Below, piece by piece: positions 1 through 57,662 of a stretch of DNA of 57,662 nucleotides (the stretch's first letter is position 1; every line of letters starts with the position of its first letter). Location: assembly GCF_004010195.1 (NCBI RefSeq), contig NC_057711.1, positions 131,981,735-132,039,396 on the forward strand, given 5' to 3'. The translations under genes and the position numbers were made by a program. The stretch is from Chiloscyllium plagiosum. Its lineage: Eukaryota. The notes beneath the pieces were generated by a model. The model saw only the letters and a program-made list of their open reading frames with translations, made no database searches and was not told the origin of the DNA.

Positions 1-260
1 TTCATCTACGTTTTTAGATTAGTTTAAAACAAATTCTCAATGCCCAAGAAACAAACTGCATTCTGTGAATTTCATTGGTTAAGGTTTACAAACAGCTTTG
101 CAATTCTAAATCTGTATGTATGAGCTTGGGTATAACCCTTGTAAAGTTCACGATGGTAGTTTTAAACTACCATGTAAGTATAATGTATATGGTCAAAGTT
201 GAAATGTTAACTTATAAAATTTTGTACCATAAGTACGTTTTTTTTTATCACAAATTTTAG

Positions 261-55078
<54,818 letters not shown>

Positions 55079-55539
55079 GTAAGTTTTTAATTAAGATGGT
55101 TTGCTGTTGTAGATTTGCATAAATCTTCAGTTTGCAAAGATACATTTTACAAGAAGCCTAGCTGTGTACATTGAATCATTAGAATGTGACCAAAGTTGTA
55201 ATGCTGTTATGTAGCATGAACCTTTCAAATCAAATTGAAGCAGTTTCTTTTTGTGGCCTTTCAGGTCGTTTACATGGTATTACAGAAATATGAATATCAA
55301 TGCTGCACTTCTGTGGTTTTAGTTCACAAATTTGATTTCATAGCTGTTCCTGCACTTTGTTCAGAGCTACCTCTATGCTGTAATCATGCAACTTATCTGT
55401 TAGCTCCCTGTCCCTCTATCATAATGTCCATCTGTGGATGAATAAAGTTTCAATTCTGCAAATTCATCTATTGTTGAATCTCAAATCCTGCACCCACTTT
55501 GATCTATTTGAATACTGTTAAGACTTTTTTGAGTGGGAG

Positions 55540-56720
55540 CTATCAATTGGCACTTGGCAATAACCTGCTCACTGATACTCAGTTTGGGTTCTGCCAAGGC
55601 TATTCAGTTCCTGAAATCATTGTAGCCTCCGTCCAAACCTGGAACAAAGAACTGAATTCCAAAGGTGAGGGGAACTATCTTTGACATCAAGACAGCAATT
55701 GACTTTGTCCTCAGCCCAACCACTTCAGCTGCTTTCCTTCCTTCCATCCATCATAATGTCGGAAGTGGGTATGTTTGCTGAAAATGTGTTTGCACAATGT
55801 TCCGGACCATTTGTAACTCTTAGGATACTGTTGCAATTCATGCCCGCATACGACATAATTTGGATGTGTGGCAAATAATAATACTCGCACCATACAATGA
55901 CCATCTCCATCTCCATCAAAAGAAAATGTAACCTTATACCATTGCCATTCAGTGGCAGTGCCTTTGCTGATTACCCCATGATCAACTTTTTGGGCTCACT
56001 GTTCACCAGAAAGTGAACTGGGAGACAGTGAGGCCTGCAGATGTTGGAGATCCTCCGCGACTATCTGGTCAGGTCCATGTCCCTTAACAACCCATCCTCC
56101 CCTCCTGGCACCTTCCTCTGCCACTGCAGGAATTGCAAAACCTGCACCCACACCTCTCCCACCCTTAACTCCATCCAAGGCCCCAAAGGAGCCTTCCACA
56201 TACATCAAAATTTCACCTGCACTTCCACAGGTGTCATTTATTGTATCCATTGCTCCCGATGCACTGTGGAGAGTGGATGCCTTCTCGCACAGTTCTTTAG
56301 AGAACATCTCCGGGACACCAATCAACCCCACCACCCCATGGCCGAACACTTCAATTTCCCCTCCCACGCCACCGAGGACATGCAGGTCCTTGGCCGCCTC
56401 CATCACCACTCCCTCACCACCTGCGCCTGGAGGAAGAACGCCTTATCTTTTGCCTCAGGACCCATGGCATCAATGTGAACTTCACCAGTTTCCTCATTTC
56501 CCTCACCCCACCTTACCCCAGTTCCAACCTTCCAGCTCAGCACCATCCTTATGACCTGTCCCACCTGTCAATCTTTCTTCCCACATTTTCAGCTCTGATC
56601 TCCAGCATCTGCAGCCCTCACTTTCTCCTCGATGATTCAGTACCATCTCCTCAAGGACAATTAGGAATGAGCAGTAAATGCTGACTTTGCCACTGACATT
56701 CACTTGCCAGTTTAAAAAAA
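55540..56720 (+). mobile_element. Non-LTR RT fragment plus 3' end, interrupted by the PLE at 56020-56628
   Basis: NLLTDTQFGFCQGYSVPEIIVASVQTWNKELNSKGE; SEVGMFAEN; A-rich end near 56720. Confidence 0.75.
56020..56628 (+). mobile_element. PLE (Neptune-like) Zn-knuckle/GIY-YIG endonuclease remnant with short inverted tail
   Basis: LRDYLVRS..PGTFLCHCRNCKTC..FTCTSTGVIYCIHCSRC..FREH..MAEHFN; 56020-56052 is an inverted copy of the tail at 56596-56628; hammerhead segment deleted. Confidence 0.88.
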
Positions 56721-56782
56721 AATGCGTTTGTGTTTGGAATCAGAATGTATTGCCTATGCACAGTAATCTGTAATATTTATGC

Positions 56783-57090
56783 GATTAGATTACTTAATGT
56801 GAAAACAGGCCCTTCGACCCAACAAGTCCACACCGACCCTCCAAAGAGCAACCCACCCAGACCCATTCCCCTACATTTACCCCTTTACCTAACACTACGG
56901 GCAATTTAGCATGGCCAATTCACCTGACCTGCACATTGTTGGACTGTGGGAGGAAACCGGAGCACCCGGAGGAAACCCACGCAGACACGCGAGAATGTGC
57001 AAACTCCACACAGTTGCCTGAGGCAGGAATTGAACCCGGGCTCTGGCGCTGTGAGGCAGCAGTGCTAACCACTGTGCCACCGTGCCGGCC
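56783..57090 (-). mobile_element. HE1-type V-SINE, near full length
   Basis: Reverse complement of the 17076 element, with A/B boxes, V domain and (TAATC)n tail. Confidence 0.92.
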
Positions 57091-57442
57091 ATTATATCCA
57101 TCATTTGGCCCATTAATTTATTTCCCTTCTAATACAAGAACCATTACTTGTCAGGGCTCTAGCAATTGTTTTCTAACAATTAATAGCCTACAAATTTAAA
57201 AAAGTACTGAAAGCCAAAGCTTGTTTTGGACTATAAATAAATCTAAAACAGTATTTCTGTTGCCATTAAAAATGCTACTAAATTAATCCCACAAAAAATT
57301 ATCATTCAGCTGGTTCAGGTTTTCCAGGCTGCAGAGGAGTTGTTTAACCACTTATTGCTTATGCAATTCCCTCTGGATTATTCTTATACCAGGTTTTCTG
57401 CTGATAAACTCTTGGGAGTTCTTGTGATGCAGTGTTAGTACC

Positions 57443-57662
57443 CCTACCCCTCTCTGAGGATGAAAGATCAGTCCTACCCCCCTCTCTGAGGATGAAAGAT
57501 CAGTCCTCAGCAGGGGCCTCACCTTCATTCCCCTACGCTCCCGGATTAATGAATTCAACACGCGGCGTGACATCGAACAATTCTTCCGCCGCCTTCGCCT
57601 CCGTGCCCACTTCTTTAACCAAGACTCCCGCCCACCCTCTGACGACCCCTTCTCCCGCCTCC
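57443..57662 (+). mobile_element. Young PLE, N-terminal part of ORF, runs off the window end
   Basis: 57479-57661 open: PLSEDERSVLSRGLTFIPLRSRINEFNTRRDIEQFFRRLRLRAHFFNQD (PLE N-terminal LS..E..L.xGL.F.P / F.R.LRL..FF pattern); 13 CpGs retained. Confidence 0.8.

Overview
Vertebrate genomic DNA, most likely an elasmobranch (shark), inferred from HE1/V-SINEs and the CR1/Penelope repeat set. The whole window lies inside one + strand gene, SMARCA2 (BRM, SWI/SNF ATPase). I read 18 consecutive GT-AG coding exons (261-55078) that splice into one uninterrupted frame: SNF2 ATPase lobe 1 ([12 protein letters not shown]), helicase-C lobe, SnAC/LxCxE, AT-hook, bromodomain and acidic tail. The 5' exons and the last exon lie outside the window. 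Introns are packed with CR1/L2-type LINE fragments, tRNA-derived SINEs, a possible solo LTR, and about 20 pieces of Penelope-like elements (PLEs) from at least four families. Many PLE pieces are fold-back insertions with 8-14 nt target-site duplications and minimal hammerhead-ribozyme motifs (CTGANGA-N-stemII-GAAAC-GTH). PLE hammerheads are a known class, so I do not claim a wholly new system. Best leads: (i) the stereotyped fold-back, hammerhead-bearing PLE insertions; (ii) a 6.6-kb intron with no recognisable TE that holds a candidate NOVA-regulated poison exon just after the helicase domain; (iii) a young, CpG-intact PLE ORF starting at the window end. Exon coordinates are base-exact; repeat boundaries are approximate and family names come from recognition, not database search.
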